A DNA stretch of 64,000 bases from Actinomycetota bacterium (GTDB lineage: Bacteria; Actinomycetota; CADDZG01; JAHWKV01; JAOPZY01). The stretch spans positions 583-64,582 of the forward strand of contig JAOPZY010000260.1 of NCBI GenBank assembly GCA_025963875.1, in the 5' to 3' direction. Made by a program: the position numbers and the translations under genes. This document shows, in pieces, positions 19,718 to 28,714 of this stretch (its first letter is position 1; each line of letters starts with the position of its first letter). The notes below the pieces were generated by a model. It was not told the origin of the DNA and searched no databases. It worked only from the letters and a program-made list of their open reading frames with translations.

Positions 19718-22120
19718 TTACGTCGCACGCTGAGGATCGACGATGCGAGCGCGGCGGGCGGATCCCTCGCTCTTCTGAACGGCAGAAAAGGGGCTCAGGA
19801 CCAACGTCGCCCGGTCGGTGATGGTGAGCAGCTGGGTGAACTCGCCCGCCGGCATCGGGCGGGCGTAGAAGTAGCCCTGGGCGGCGTCGCAGCCCAGCTC
19901 CTTCATGTGGGATGCCTGGGCAGAGTGTTCGATGCCTTCGGCCACCGTCTTGAGGTGCAGTCCGGCTCCGAGGTCGACGATGGCCTTGATGAGTGCCTCG
20001 CCTCCGGCCGCCCCGGTCGAGGCGGCGTCCACGAACCCCTTGTCGATCTTCATGATGTCGAAGGGGAACCGGCCGAGGTAGGCGAGCGAGGAGTACCCGG
20101 TACCGAAGTCGTCGATGGCCAGTTTGATGCCCAGGGCCTTGAGATCCTCGAGGCGGCCGATGACCGCCTCGGCGCCGGTCACGAAAATGGTCTCGGTGAT
20201 CTCCAAGGTGAGCGAATCTGGCGCCAGCCCCGTCCGGTCGAGGATGGCGGCGGTGTCGCTGACGATGTTGGGCTCCATGAGCTGACGACCGGAGACGTTG
20301 ACGTTCATGCTGAAGGTCCTGCCCGGAAACGCCTGCCTCCAGCGGGCGGCCTGCCAGCACGCCTGCTCGAGCACCCAGCGCCCGATGGCCACGATCTCAC
20401 CGCTGTGCTCGGCAAGCGGGATGAACGCGAGGGGCGGCACCACGCCGCGGTCGGGATGGTTCCAACGCAGCAGCGCCTCGGCTCCCTCCAGCTCGCCGGT
20501 GACCAGCGACATCGTCGGCTGGTAGTGGATGAAGAGCTCGCCACGTGCCAGCGCCCGGCTCAGGTCGAGTGAGAGCACCAGGGCGTCTTCGGCGTCGGCA
20601 TGCATCGAGGGCTCGAAGCGGACGCGGTGGTCCGGACCCCTGGACTTCGCCACGTACATGGCGAGGTCGGCATTGCGAAGCAGCTTCTGCGCGGACTGGG
20701 ATTCGTCGCTGGAGAGCGCCATGCCGATGCTGGTCGAGACGTGCAGTTCGTGTCCGTGCAGGCTGAACGGCTTCCGCACATGCTCGGCCACCCGCGCCGC
20801 GACCAGTTCGATGACCGAAGGGTCATCCATGTTCTCCAGGAGCACGGTGAACTCATCGCCGCCGCGCCGGGCGACGGTGTCCCCCGGCCTGACGCAGGTG
20901 CCAAGACGCGCCGCGACCTCGACGAGCACTTCGTCCCCCGCGTCGTGGCCCATGGTGTCGTTGATCGCCTTGAACCCGTCAAGGTCCAGCATGAGCACAC
21001 CGATCGGTTCGTGGCTGCGGGCGACGCGGGCGAGGGCCTGGGTCAACCGGTCCTGGAAGAGCGCCCGATTCGCCAGGCCGGTCAGGGAGTCCCGGAACGC
21101 CTGGTGGGCAAGCTCATCCTCGAGGCGGCGACGCTCCGTCACGTCCCGCCCATGCCAGACGACGCAACCGACCTGGGGATGGGAGGACAGGTCGGTCGCG
21201 GCAAGTTCCAGGAGGCGCCACGTTCCGTCGGCATGCAGGAATCGAACGTCCATCGGGTCGCTCTTGCCCACGAGTGCCACGCGCTGGAACGCCTCGGCGA
21301 CCGCCGGCTGGTCCTCGGCCAGGATCAGGTCCAGTCCCTGCCGGCCGAGCCAGCTTGCGGGCTCGATGCCGAGCACATGGGTCAGCGAGGAACTCACGTA
21401 GGAGACGACGCCCTTGCGGTCGGCTAGCACGACGAGGTCCGAACCTTGCTCCACCAAGGCCTCGAAGCGAGCGTGGCTCGCCGCTTCCGTCCGCGACTGA
21501 ACGGCGTTTCGTCTTCGCCGACTCTCCCACCACAGGACCACGCCAAGCAGAAGGGCAATGGCAGGGAGCGTGATCGAGAGGGCCAACCGTTGCGGCGCCG
21601 ACGTAGCGGCGGCCGAGGCTTGGAGGTCCTGCACGAGTTGGTCGGACAGACGAGTCACCTGGGCGGGGTCGAGCGGGAGAGCCTGGGGACCAGCCGTGCC
21701 GGCACCGCCCTGGGGAGCGGGCGTGATCGTGCGGTTGAGGCTTGCCAGGAGCTTGTCGGCTTCAGCTGTCAACGAGGCGACTTCGTCGGTGTCCATCTTC
21801 AGGGCCACGAGCCTCCGCAGGTTCTCGTGGACGCCCTCTCCCCGCTGGGCCACCTGGCTCGTGATCGCCGGCGTCCAACCCGACTGCTGGGCCTGGAGGC
21901 AGAGTCCGATGAGCCAGCCGAGGTCGTTTTCCACTTGCGACGCGGCGAGGTCGGCCTGGGCGTGGGCCCGCGTGTCGGTGATCAGCCCGAGCAGGGAAAA
22001 GGTTGCGAAGGCGACCAGCAGCACGAGGATCCCGCCCAGGAGATAGCCCGCGTTCGCCCGTGCCCACCGGGTAAGCGGCGCGCTGGCACGGCGATTCGGC
22101 GTCGGCGCGTGGGGGGACAC
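19718..22120 (-). CDS. Membrane-associated signalling protein with PAS, GGDEF and EAL domains
   Basis: N-terminal TM/sensor region, a PAS region, GGDEF (RRGGDEF), EAL (EALLRW, DDFGTGYSS). Confidence 0.85.
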   Translation of the reverse strand: MSPHAPTPNRRASAPLTRWARANAGYLLGGILVLLVAFATFSLLGLITDTRAHAQADLAASQVENDLGWLIGLCLQAQQSGWTPAITSQVAQRGEGVHENLRRLVALKMDTDEVASLTAEADKLLASLNRTITPAPQGGAGTAGPQALPLDPAQVTRLSDQLVQDLQASAAATSAPQRLALSITLPAIALLLGVVLWWESRRRRNAVQSRTEAASHARFEALVEQGSDLVVLADRKGVVSYVSSSLTHVLGIEPASWLGRQGLDLILAEDQPAVAEAFQRVALVGKSDPMDVRFLHADGTWRLLELAATDLSSHPQVGCVVWHGRDVTERRRLEDELAHQAFRDSLTGLANRALFQDRLTQALARVARSHEPIGVLMLDLDGFKAINDTMGHDAGDEVLVEVAARLGTCVRPGDTVARRGGDEFTVLLENMDDPSVIELVAARVAEHVRKPFSLHGHELHVSTSIGMALSSDESQSAQKLLRNADLAMYVAKSRGPDHRVRFEPSMHADAEDALVLSLDLSRALARGELFIHYQPTMSLVTGELEGAEALLRWNHPDRGVVPPLAFIPLAEHSGEIVAIGRWVLEQACWQAARWRQAFPGRTFSMNVNVSGRQLMEPNIVSDTAAILDRTGLAPDSLTLEITETIFVTGAEAVIGRLEDLKALGIKLAIDDFGTGYSSLAYLGRFPFDIMKIDKGFVDAASTGAAGGEALIKAIVDLGAGLHLKTVAEGIEHSAQASHMKELGCDAAQGYFYARPMPAGEFTQLLTITDRATLVLSPFSAVQKSEGSARRARIVDPQRAT

Positions 22121-22353
22121 TGTTGCTCCTCACCTGGGCGTTGCGGACGGTGCCTCTCCAGGTATCGACGGGCGCCGCTCTCCTGCTCGGATGCGCGTGC
22201 ACCAGATTGGGATGGTCCTCAGACTGCCCGCCGGACTTTTAGCCCCCATTTGGGCCAGGGAAGACTATCCATTGTGACTATGTTGTTCGGGCGGTCATGG
22301 GCCGAAGAGAAGAGGTACCAGGTTGGATCCCGGGTGCCGGCAACGGAGAGCGA

Positions 22354-22539
22354 ATGACGAAGAGGGTCGAACAGCGCTGTCATCGCTGTGGGCGCACCGC
22401 TGGAACGCTCAAGGTCTACCGGGATCCGTTTGGTGAGGAGACTGCGCCCGGGCGGTGGCCAACCCTCACCATGCATTCGGACTGCTTCCTTGCCTACCTC
22501 GGCGAACGCCGGATCGTGTTGTCGACCGCCGGCCGGTAA
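22354..22539 (+). CDS. Small hypothetical protein of about 61 aa with a CxxC motif
   Basis: A GGAGAG RBS precedes the ATG. Translation MTKRVEQRCHRCGRTAG...HSDC. Convergent with the MazF gene. Confidence 0.25.
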   Translation: MTKRVEQRCHRCGRTAGTLKVYRDPFGEETAPGRWPTLTMHSDCFLAYLGERRIVLSTAGR

Positions 22540-22558
22540 GGATCGACCAGCAGGACTG

Positions 22559-22888
22559 TCACGTTATCCGGCAGGGGAGGGGCACGCCGAGGGCAAGGTG
22601 CATGGCTCGTTCCACCTCGTGCATGCGTGCCGATCCGAGGGTGGTGATGAGGGAACTCAGCATGCTCCGGCGGATGGTGGCCAGGCTGTCCAGATTCACC
22701 ACGCACGGCCGCGCCATTCCGTCGGCAGGCCCGAGCGTCACCTCGGCGTCCAAACCACGCATGTTGGTGGTCACTTCAGCGACCGTCACGCGATCTCGCC
22801 AATCCCCATGAGCGTCCCAGGACAGGAGAAGAACGGGGTGACGTTGACCGGGGGGCTGCTCGGCCCACCAGATCTCAGCTCGCCGCAC
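22559..22888 (-). CDS. mazF: Type II toxin, PemK/MazF family endoribonuclease
   Basis: RRAEIWWAEQPPGQRHPVLLLS...RVTVAEVTTN matches the MazF/PemK pattern. A GTG start is inferred, overlapping the antitoxin end. Confidence 0.7.
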   Translation of the reverse strand: MRRAEIWWAEQPPGQRHPVLLLSWDAHGDWRDRVTVAEVTTNMRGLDAEVTLGPADGMARPCVVNLDSLATIRRSMLSSLITTLGSARMHEVERAMHLALGVPLPCRIT

Positions 22889-23171
22889 GCCGCTTGCGCT
22901 CAGGGATGGAGTCGGGCTCGCCCGTATCCCCGGCGAGGAGCTCAGCCGCTGCCATGTCTGCCCACTCCAACTCCCCGATCGTTTCGGGCTGTGCCTGATA
23001 AGCGGCCCGGTAGCGCTCCTCTCGACGCTCGTTCTCGAGCTGGCGCCACCCACGCCAGAGGAGGTCCGTCACCACCTCCGAGCGGTTGGCGCCCGCCTCC
23101 TGCCGCAGTCCCTCGATGTGGGCCATCAGTTCCGTCGGCACGCTGATCGTTACTTTCTCGACCTTTGGCAT
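22875..23171 (-). CDS. Ribbon-helix-helix (CopG-like) antitoxin partnered with MazF
   Basis: N-terminal RHH fold (KVTISVPTELMAHIEGLRQEAGANRSEVV). It lies immediately upstream of the mazF-like gene and overlaps it. Confidence 0.65.
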   Translation of the reverse strand: MPKVEKVTISVPTELMAHIEGLRQEAGANRSEVVTDLLWRGWRQLENERREERYRAAYQAQPETIGELEWADMAAAELLAGDTGEPDSIPERKRRAAS

Positions 23172-23227
23172 ACCGACAGCATACCAATCTTCCTACTCCC
23201 AGGGAGAGCGCCCGCTCCCCCGAGGCC

Positions 23228-23884
23228 TCAGCCGAGGCCGGGGACCAGGGGGCCCACCTGGTTCATTACGCTGACGAGGTTGGCTTTGCAGGGGTCGCCA
23301 ACCACGGGGCGGATGAAGAACGGGAGCTGTCCGACCATCTGGTTGAGTAGCTTGACCACGGCGGGATCCAGGCAGAGGTTCGCTATCACGGCCTGGACCT
23401 CCGAACCGCACATGTTTCGGCCCAGGAGGGCCTCAAGCTGGGTCTTGAGTGTCCCGACGCCCGAGGACAGTTCGGGGTGTTTGCTGGCCGTCTTGGCGAT
23501 CTCGCCGAGCAGCCAGTTGATCTTGGCGTCGTTCAACTGCTCCTTGGCGCGACACGTGACGGCGACGGCCGCCTGCCTCAGTGAGGAGACCGATTTGGCA
23601 ACGACCGCAACGGCTGCGGGGACGACTGGGGCCTTGGGCGTCACCTTTGGCGACGGAGCGATGGTCGACTTGATGGCGGAAAGCTTGGTGCTGGGTGGAA
23701 GCGCCGAGGCAGAGCCCGCCGCGGGCGATGGCAGGGCCGGGGTGGCGCTCGGGATCGCTACGGCGGCCGAAGCGCCAGCAATCGAGAGCGGCGGAGGGGG
23801 AGCGGCGCTGCCGGCTGCCACAAAGGCCACCGCTCCACCCCCGGTGGAGGCGGCGATGACAAGGGCCACCAGCTTGTGCTTCAT
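23228..23884 (-). CDS. Secreted Ala/Pro-rich protein with a Cys-containing C-terminal domain, function unknown
   Basis: Signal peptide MKHKLVALVIAASTGGGAVAFVAA, an A/P/S-rich linker, and a roughly 110-aa C-terminal domain with 4 Cys. Confidence 0.45.
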   Translation of the reverse strand: MKHKLVALVIAASTGGGAVAFVAAGSAAPPPPLSIAGASAAVAIPSATPALPSPAAGSASALPPSTKLSAIKSTIAPSPKVTPKAPVVPAAVAVVAKSVSSLRQAAVAVTCRAKEQLNDAKINWLLGEIAKTASKHPELSSGVGTLKTQLEALLGRNMCGSEVQAVIANLCLDPAVVKLLNQMVGQLPFFIRPVVGDPCKANLVSVMNQVGPLVPGLG

Positions 23885-24091
23885 CAAGGCTGCGAGGTGA
23901 TGGCTCATGGAGGTGGTGGTCCTTTCGCGCGGGAAACATGCCCTGTCACTGGGGCATCGGCACTGCCGGGTTGCAGGGTTACGGTTCGCAGCCCTCGCGG
24001 GACGATTTGGTCCGAACGGACGAGGGTGGGCGCACGGCCGCGCTATGCCGGCTCTCCCCCGAATGGGCGACGGGGGAGCTCGACGGCAGGC

Positions 24092-25453
24092 TCATCCAGT
24101 GAACGTGGCCCCTGGCTCCGCCCAGCCTGCGACCCCCTCGTAAGCGCAGCCCAGCCGGAGCACCGTCTCCTCGTCGCGGGCGATGAGCTGCAGTCCGATC
24201 GGCAAGCCTCCCGCCCCCAGCCCGCAGGGCACCGAGAGGGCGGCCAGGCCCGCCACGTTGACCGGCCCGGGGATCCGCGTCAGCTTCATCACGATGGGCC
24301 GGCGTGGGCTTCCCTCCGAGCGCTGCGCCGCCTCCTCGTGCGTGGGCGCAATGCACGGCACCGTCGGGGTCACCAACACGTCGGCGTCGTCGAAGACCGA
24401 ACCGAGCCGGGCGGCGAGCCTCCGGCACTCGGCCCGTGCCGCCTCGACGGCTCCGGGGGTGAGGTTCTTCTCTGCGTGCAGGAGGTAACCGCGGGTCTCT
24501 TCCGTGTAGTCGCCGGCCCGGTCGGGCCACCAGCCTCGGGAACGGTGCACCTCCAGCGCCTCCCACATGAGAACGGTGGAACGGGGGGCATCGAAGCTGG
24601 TGAAGGGTGGCACGTCGGCGTCGCGAAGGCTGGCGGTCATCCCCCGGAACGCATCGACGGCGCCGGCGTAGGCTGACGCCACCTCCGGCTCCAACTCGGG
24701 TAGGGCGTCCAGCGGAGCGCAGACCACCCGCAGATCGCCGGCGCCGCCGAGCTCCAGCGGGGCACCCGACAGCACCTCCCACAGCAGGGCGACGTCCTCG
24801 ACGGTCCTGGCCATCGGCCCCACCACATCGAAGCTCGGCGCCAGCGGGATCACCCCCTCCGTGCGAACTTGCTGCTGCCGCGGCTTGAGGCCGGCGACCC
24901 CACAGAGGGCCGCAGGGATCCGGATCGAGCCGGCCGTGTCGGTGCCCAGGGCACCGAGGCAGTGCCCGGCCGCAAGGGCCGCCGCCGAGCCGCCGCTGGA
25001 GCCGCCAGGGATCCGGCCAAGGTCCCAGGGATTGGACGTGCCCGGAGTGACTGCGCCGTAGGCGAACTCGTGCGTCGCCGTCTTGCCGAGGATCACGGCG
25101 CCAGCAGCGCGTAGCCGGGAGACGACCGGGGCGTCGGCATCGGCAATCGTGCCCGCGAGTACCCGGGAGCCCCCTGTCGTCGTCATCCCAGCGACGTCGA
25201 TCATGTCCTTGATCCCGATGGGGATCCCCCACAGGGGCAGCTCGGTGCGCTCGGCGGCCTCCATCCCCTCCACGCCGCGCCGGGCGAGATCCGGATCGCA
25301 GGTCCTCCACGCGCGCACCGCCGCCTCCGACTGCTCGATGCGGTCGCGGCAGGCGGCCAGCACCTCGATGGGGGAGGCCGCTCCCGACCTCAGAGCGTTC
25401 CGCGCGCCGGCGAGGGTGGCGAAGCGTGGCAACGATGACTGGGCGATAGCAAC
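24092..25453 (-). CDS. Amidase (amidase-signature family)
   Basis: AS signature GGSSGGSAAALAAG and GKTATHEFAYG, catalytic Ser/Lys context. The start is inferred at GTG (VAIAQSS), so the divergent greA promoter region is not overlapped. Confidence 0.8.
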   Translation of the reverse strand, partial: VAIAQSSLPRFATLAGARNALRSGAASPIEVLAACRDRIEQSEAAVRAWRTCDPDLARRGVEGMEAAERTELPLWGIPIGIKDMIDVAGMTTTGGSRVLAGTIADADAPVVSRLRAAGAVILGKTATHEFAYGAVTPGTSNPWDLGRIPGGSSGGSAAALAAGHCLGALGTDTAGSIRIPAALCGVAGLKPRQQQVRTEGVIPLAPSFDVVGPMARTVEDVALLWEVLSGAPLELGGAGDLRVVCAPLDALPELEPEVASAYAGAVDAFRGMTASLRDADVPPFTSFDAPRSTVLMWEALEVHRSRGWWPDRAGDYTEETRGYLLHAEKNLTPGAVEAARAECRRLAARLGSVFDDADVLVTPTVPCIAPTHEEAAQRSEGSPRRPIVMKLTRIPGPVNVAGLAALSVPCGLGAGGLPIGLQLIARDEETVLRLGCAYEGVAGWAEPGATFTG

Positions 25454-25553
25454 ACATTGAAACTGATCTCTCGCACACGTTGCATCGGTGCCCTCGCGGC
25501 GCGTCTCGAAGGGGCGTACCGAAGGCGACGGTTGTCGTGTAAAAATGAGGCGC

Positions 25554-26039
25554 ATGAACGAATCTCAGGATGCGATGGTTGTTAGTTCCGAGACGCTTGA
25601 TCGCTGGGAGCAGGAGCTGAAGGAGCTCACCAGCGATGGCCGGGCCGCAATGAGCGAACGCCTGCAGCGAGCTCGCGAGTTCGGCGATATCCGGGAGAAC
25701 GCCGACTACGACGCCGCACGGGACGAGCAGGCAATGATGGAGGCGCGGATCCGCCACCTCCAGCACATGATCAAGAACGCCATCGTCCAGACGTCGCCGG
25801 CCACCACCGACCTTGCGGGCCCCGGCATCATCGTGACCATCCTCGAGGCCGGCGAGGCCGACGTCGAGGAGTACCTGCTCGCTTCGACGGCGGAGGAGAA
25901 GGTGGCCGGCGTCAGGACCATCACCACGTCGTCGCCGCTCGGTAGCGCCCTGCTCGGCAAGAAGGTCGGGCAGACCGCGGAGGTGGCAGCCCCGGGGGGC
26001 AGGTTCTCCGTCGAAGTCAAGGCGCTACGACCACGCTGA
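25554..26039 (+). CDS. greA: Transcription elongation factor GreA
   Basis: N-terminal coiled coil with the acidic tip (GDIRENADYDAARDEQ) and a C-terminal FKBP-like domain. Confidence 0.85.
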   Translation: MNESQDAMVVSSETLDRWEQELKELTSDGRAAMSERLQRAREFGDIRENADYDAARDEQAMMEARIRHLQHMIKNAIVQTSPATTDLAGPGIIVTILEAGEADVEEYLLASTAEEKVAGVRTITTSSPLGSALLGKKVGQTAEVAAPGGRFSVEVKALRPR

Positions 26040-26674
26040 ACCACTCCACGTTCGTCAAGATCTGCGGCATCACGCGCCTGGGGGACGCCCGGGTCGCTGT
26101 CCGCGCGGGAGCCAACGCCGTCGGCTTCGTCTTCGCCCCCAGCCCCCGCCGGATCGTGCCATCGCGGGCGAAGGAGATCGCCCGCCACCTCCACCCGAGC
26201 GTGACGAGCATCGGCGTCTTTGTGGATGCCACCGTCGACCAGGTGCTGCGCATCGTCGGAGAGGTCGGCCTCGGCGGCGTGCAACTCCAGGGGGCCGAGC
26301 CGCCCGAGATGATCGAGGCGCTCCGCCGGGCACGCCCCGGCCTCTTCATCTCGAAGGTCGTCCGCATGTTCGATGCTCGATCCCTGGCCGCCACGGCGAC
26401 CAGCCCCGCCGACGCCGTCATGGTCGATCCCAAGGATCCCAACGATCCCGGCGCCCGCAGTTCGCCGATCCCCGTCGACTGGCTGGCCGGCGCCCACCAC
26501 GGACACCTCATCGTGGCGGGGGGCCTGACGCCGTCGACCGTCGGCGATGTCGTGCGCATCCTGCATCCGTGGGGCGTGGACGTGTCGGGTGGGGTCGAGG
26601 CGTCGCCGGGGCGAAAGGACGTCCGGCTGGTGCGGGAGTTCGTGGCGGAGGTTCGAGCCGCCGAGCACGGGTGA
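26036..26674 (+). CDS. trpF: Phosphoribosylanthranilate isomerase TrpF
   Basis: FVKICGIT N-terminal motif and GGL..VDVSGGVE C-terminal motifs. The start codon is uncertain, with no in-frame ATG near the conserved N-terminus. It may be CTG near 26036, overlapping the greA stop. Confidence 0.65.
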   Translation: MNHSTFVKICGITRLGDARVAVRAGANAVGFVFAPSPRRIVPSRAKEIARHLHPSVTSIGVFVDATVDQVLRIVGEVGLGGVQLQGAEPPEMIEALRRARPGLFISKVVRMFDARSLAATATSPADAVMVDPKDPNDPGARSSPIPVDWLAGAHHGHLIVAGGLTPSTVGDVVRILHPWGVDVSGGVEASPGRKDVRLVREFVAEVRAAEHG

Positions 26675-26685
26675 GACTCCAGGTG

Positions 26686-27141
26686 ATGGATCGCTCAAAG
26701 TTCGAAGACTTGCGTCCGCAGATCCAGCGGGGCGTGCAGTGGGCGGCGGGGCGGAGCCTCAACCACGCCGCGGTCGCGGCCCTGCGGCTCGGGCTGCCGT
26801 TCCCGCCCTACCCGGCGGACGGGGCGCTGGTGATGGAGACCATCGGTCGCAAGACGGGCAGGCGCCGCCTCGTGCCGATGGGCTGCCTCAAGGACGTAGA
26901 CCGGCTGCTGGTGGTGGCCGAGCACGGGCGCCGCTCCGACTGGCTGCGCAACGCCCTGGCCGCGCCGGGCTCGAAGGTGCGGCTGTGGCTGGCCGGCCGG
27001 CCCTACACCGGTCGGGTGCATGTCCTGGACGACGAGGACCCCGAGGAGCTGCTCGCCCGGATCGGCAACAAGGTGCACACCGCCACGATCCGGACCATGG
27101 CCTACGAGCCGTGTGTCGTGGCCATCGACCTGGGGGCCTGA
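26686..27141 (+). CDS. Deazaflavin (F420)-dependent nitroreductase-family protein (DUF385/PNPOx-like)
   Basis: Family pattern TIGRKTGRRR...VVAEHG..SDWLRN...V.L. Confidence 0.65.
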   Translation: MDRSKFEDLRPQIQRGVQWAAGRSLNHAAVAALRLGLPFPPYPADGALVMETIGRKTGRRRLVPMGCLKDVDRLLVVAEHGRRSDWLRNALAAPGSKVRLWLAGRPYTGRVHVLDDEDPEELLARIGNKVHTATIRTMAYEPCVVAIDLGA

Positions 27142-27162
27142 GGGGGCCTCATCTCGCATCAT

Positions 27163-27175
27163 GATGCTATGATGC
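27163..27175 (+). promoter_or_regulatory. Extended -10 (TGcTATGAT) in 13-mer GATGCTATGATGC ending 4 nt before the antitoxin ATG; predicted leaderless promoter, overlaps 12-bp palindrome GCATCATGATGC
   Basis: The -10 hexamer TATGAT ends 6 nt before ATG 27180 and there is no SD. An identical 13-mer with identical spacing occurs at 34614-34626. Confidence 0.45.
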
Positions 27176-27179
27176 GGTT

Positions 27180-27410
27180 ATGTCGAAAACGCGGACCACC
27201 CTCACCATCGACGAAGCGGTTCTTCGAGCCGTCAAGATCCGGGCGGCCCGCACCGGAAAGGGCGACAGCGAAGTGATTGAGGACGCTCTCCGACGGGAGC
27301 TTGGTCTGGATCTCCTCGACAAGCTCTGGAAGCGCGGTGACCTCGATGAGGGCCAGGCCATCGAGTTGGCCGTCGAAGCGCAACACGCAACGCGGCGCGC
27401 CAAGCGCTGA
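27180..27410 (+). CDS. Ribbon-helix-helix antitoxin (VapB/CopG-like)
   Basis: N-terminal RHH (TLTIDEAVLRAVKIRAARTGKGDSEVIEDALR). It is followed by the PIN toxin gene. Confidence 0.65.
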   Translation: MSKTRTTLTIDEAVLRAVKIRAARTGKGDSEVIEDALRRELGLDLLDKLWKRGDLDEGQAIELAVEAQHATRRAKR

Positions 27411-27438
27411 CCCGTGAACGCGTGGACGCGCGGCAAGA

Positions 27439-27885
27439 TTGGCACAATCTACGACCGCTATTGACGTCCGCGTGAAGGCAGTCCTCGATCCGAACGTCAT
27501 CATTTCCGCACTGGTCGCTCCAGCCGGCTCGCCCGCCAAGGTGTTGCGGGCTTGGGTGGAGGGCGCCTACGAACTTGTCGCCTCACCCCTTCTGCTCGCG
27601 GAGGTGGAGAGGGCGCTCGGCTACCCAAAGCTCCGAAAGGGAATCAACGCGGCGGAGGCCTTGGCGCTGATCGATCTACTCAGGCGGCAGGCAGAGTTGA
27701 TGGAGGATCCGGCAGCCCCTCCGACGTTTCGGTCGCCCGACCCCGGTGACGACTATCTGATTGCCTTGGCCGAGTCGGCCCACGCAGTCCTCGTCTCCGG
27801 CGACGGCCATCTCCTGGGGATGGGACCAGGCGCCTCCGTCTCTACGCCGGGGGCGTTCCTTGCGCTGATCGCCTCCGGAACATGA
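27439..27885 (+). CDS. PIN-domain toxin (VapC-like ribonuclease)
   Basis: LDPNVIISALV N-terminal acidic motif and D..SGDGHLL C-terminal PIN motif. GTG at 27472 is an alternative start. Confidence 0.65.
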   Translation: MAQSTTAIDVRVKAVLDPNVIISALVAPAGSPAKVLRAWVEGAYELVASPLLLAEVERALGYPKLRKGINAAEALALIDLLRRQAELMEDPAAPPTFRSPDPGDDYLIALAESAHAVLVSGDGHLLGMGPGASVSTPGAFLALIASGT

Positions 27886-27919
27886 GCCGAGCCTTCGCCG
27901 GGACGTGTCCGCCGCCGGC

Positions 27920-28228
27920 TCAGCAGCCGGTTGCCGCGGCGAGGGTTCGGCAGGCTCCCGCCATCCTGGCCGGCGACAGCGCTGCGATCCGGCGCCGAAG
28001 CGCGGTCCTGGGCAGCGTCTGGATGTTGTCGAAGTTCACGACGCAGTCGGTGGGAACGCCGTCCCCCTGGGCCGAAAGCTCCAACTCTGAGACCAGGCCA
28101 CGGCGGGTTCGGGTAAGGGCGGCGACGACCACATTGGCGATTCGCTCCGCCACCGGGTCGCGGGTGAGGACCAGCACGGGCCGGTCGCCCCCGGGCGTCG
28201 CGGCGAACCACACCTCACCTCTGAGCAT
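27920..28228 (-). CDS. mazF: Type II toxin, MazF/PemK family
   Basis: GEVWFAATPGGDRPVLVLTRDPVAERIANVVVAALTRTRRGLVSEL matches mycobacterial-type MazF. Confidence 0.7.
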   Translation of the reverse strand: MLRGEVWFAATPGGDRPVLVLTRDPVAERIANVVVAALTRTRRGLVSELELSAQGDGVPTDCVVNFDNIQTLPRTALRRRIAALSPARMAGACRTLAAATGC

Positions 28229-28466
28229 CCGACCAGTCCGACCAGTCTTCGGCCGGCCCCCAATCGGCGATAGCCGCGAGCGACAGCTCGCCCTGGTCGA
28301 GCGGGAGCCGCTCCCAGATTTCAGACTCGACTTCGCTGGCCAGGCGGAGGAGGTGACGGCGGACAGCGTCGCGCAGGATCTCCGAGCGATCCACGGCCAG
28401 CCGGTCCGCCCATGCCTGCAATTCCGTGGCTACGGCCTCGTCAACCCGGAAGCTCAGCATTGTCAT
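28215..28466 (-). CDS. mazE: MazE-like antitoxin (RHH/CopG family)
   Basis: Short protein directly upstream of mazF and overlapping it, with an acidic C-terminus. A TATCAT -10 ends 6 nt before its ATG. Confidence 0.6.
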   Translation of the reverse strand: MTMLSFRVDEAVATELQAWADRLAVDRSEILRDAVRRHLLRLASEVESEIWERLPLDQGELSLAAIADWGPAEDWSDWSDAQR

Positions 28467-28560
28467 ACAGGGATGATATCATGTATGACGCCGGTCCGCA
28501 GTAGGGAATCCGGCCTTCTACCAGGCAAAATGGGTCTCGCATCCCCACGGCCGCTGGGCG

Positions 28561-28625
28561 GGGTTGGGGTAGATCGGGGAAACCCAACCTGCTAGACTGG
28601 GATGAGGTTAGGGTAACCTAACCTT
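28561..28625. promoter_or_regulatory. Two palindromic elements upstream of sufB: GGGTTGGG-N14-CCCAACC and AGGTTAGGGTAACCTAACCT
   Basis: Seen directly. They lie about 90-150 nt upstream of the sufB start and are candidate operators for a SufR-like or other regulator. Confidence 0.3.
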
Positions 28626-28714
28626 GGTCGGGACCGGCCCGAAACTGAGCCGGAGGCTGAGGGCGGCCGGACCCGATTGACCGTAAATGTCGCCCCAGAG
28701 GAGGGTTCTTCGCT

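Noticed and set aside
27121-27160. GGGGGCCTGAGGGGGCCTC direct repeat at the nitroreductase-gene stop
   Set aside because: Short GC-rich duplication that overlaps the stop codon. It is most simply explained as a coding-sequence coincidence.
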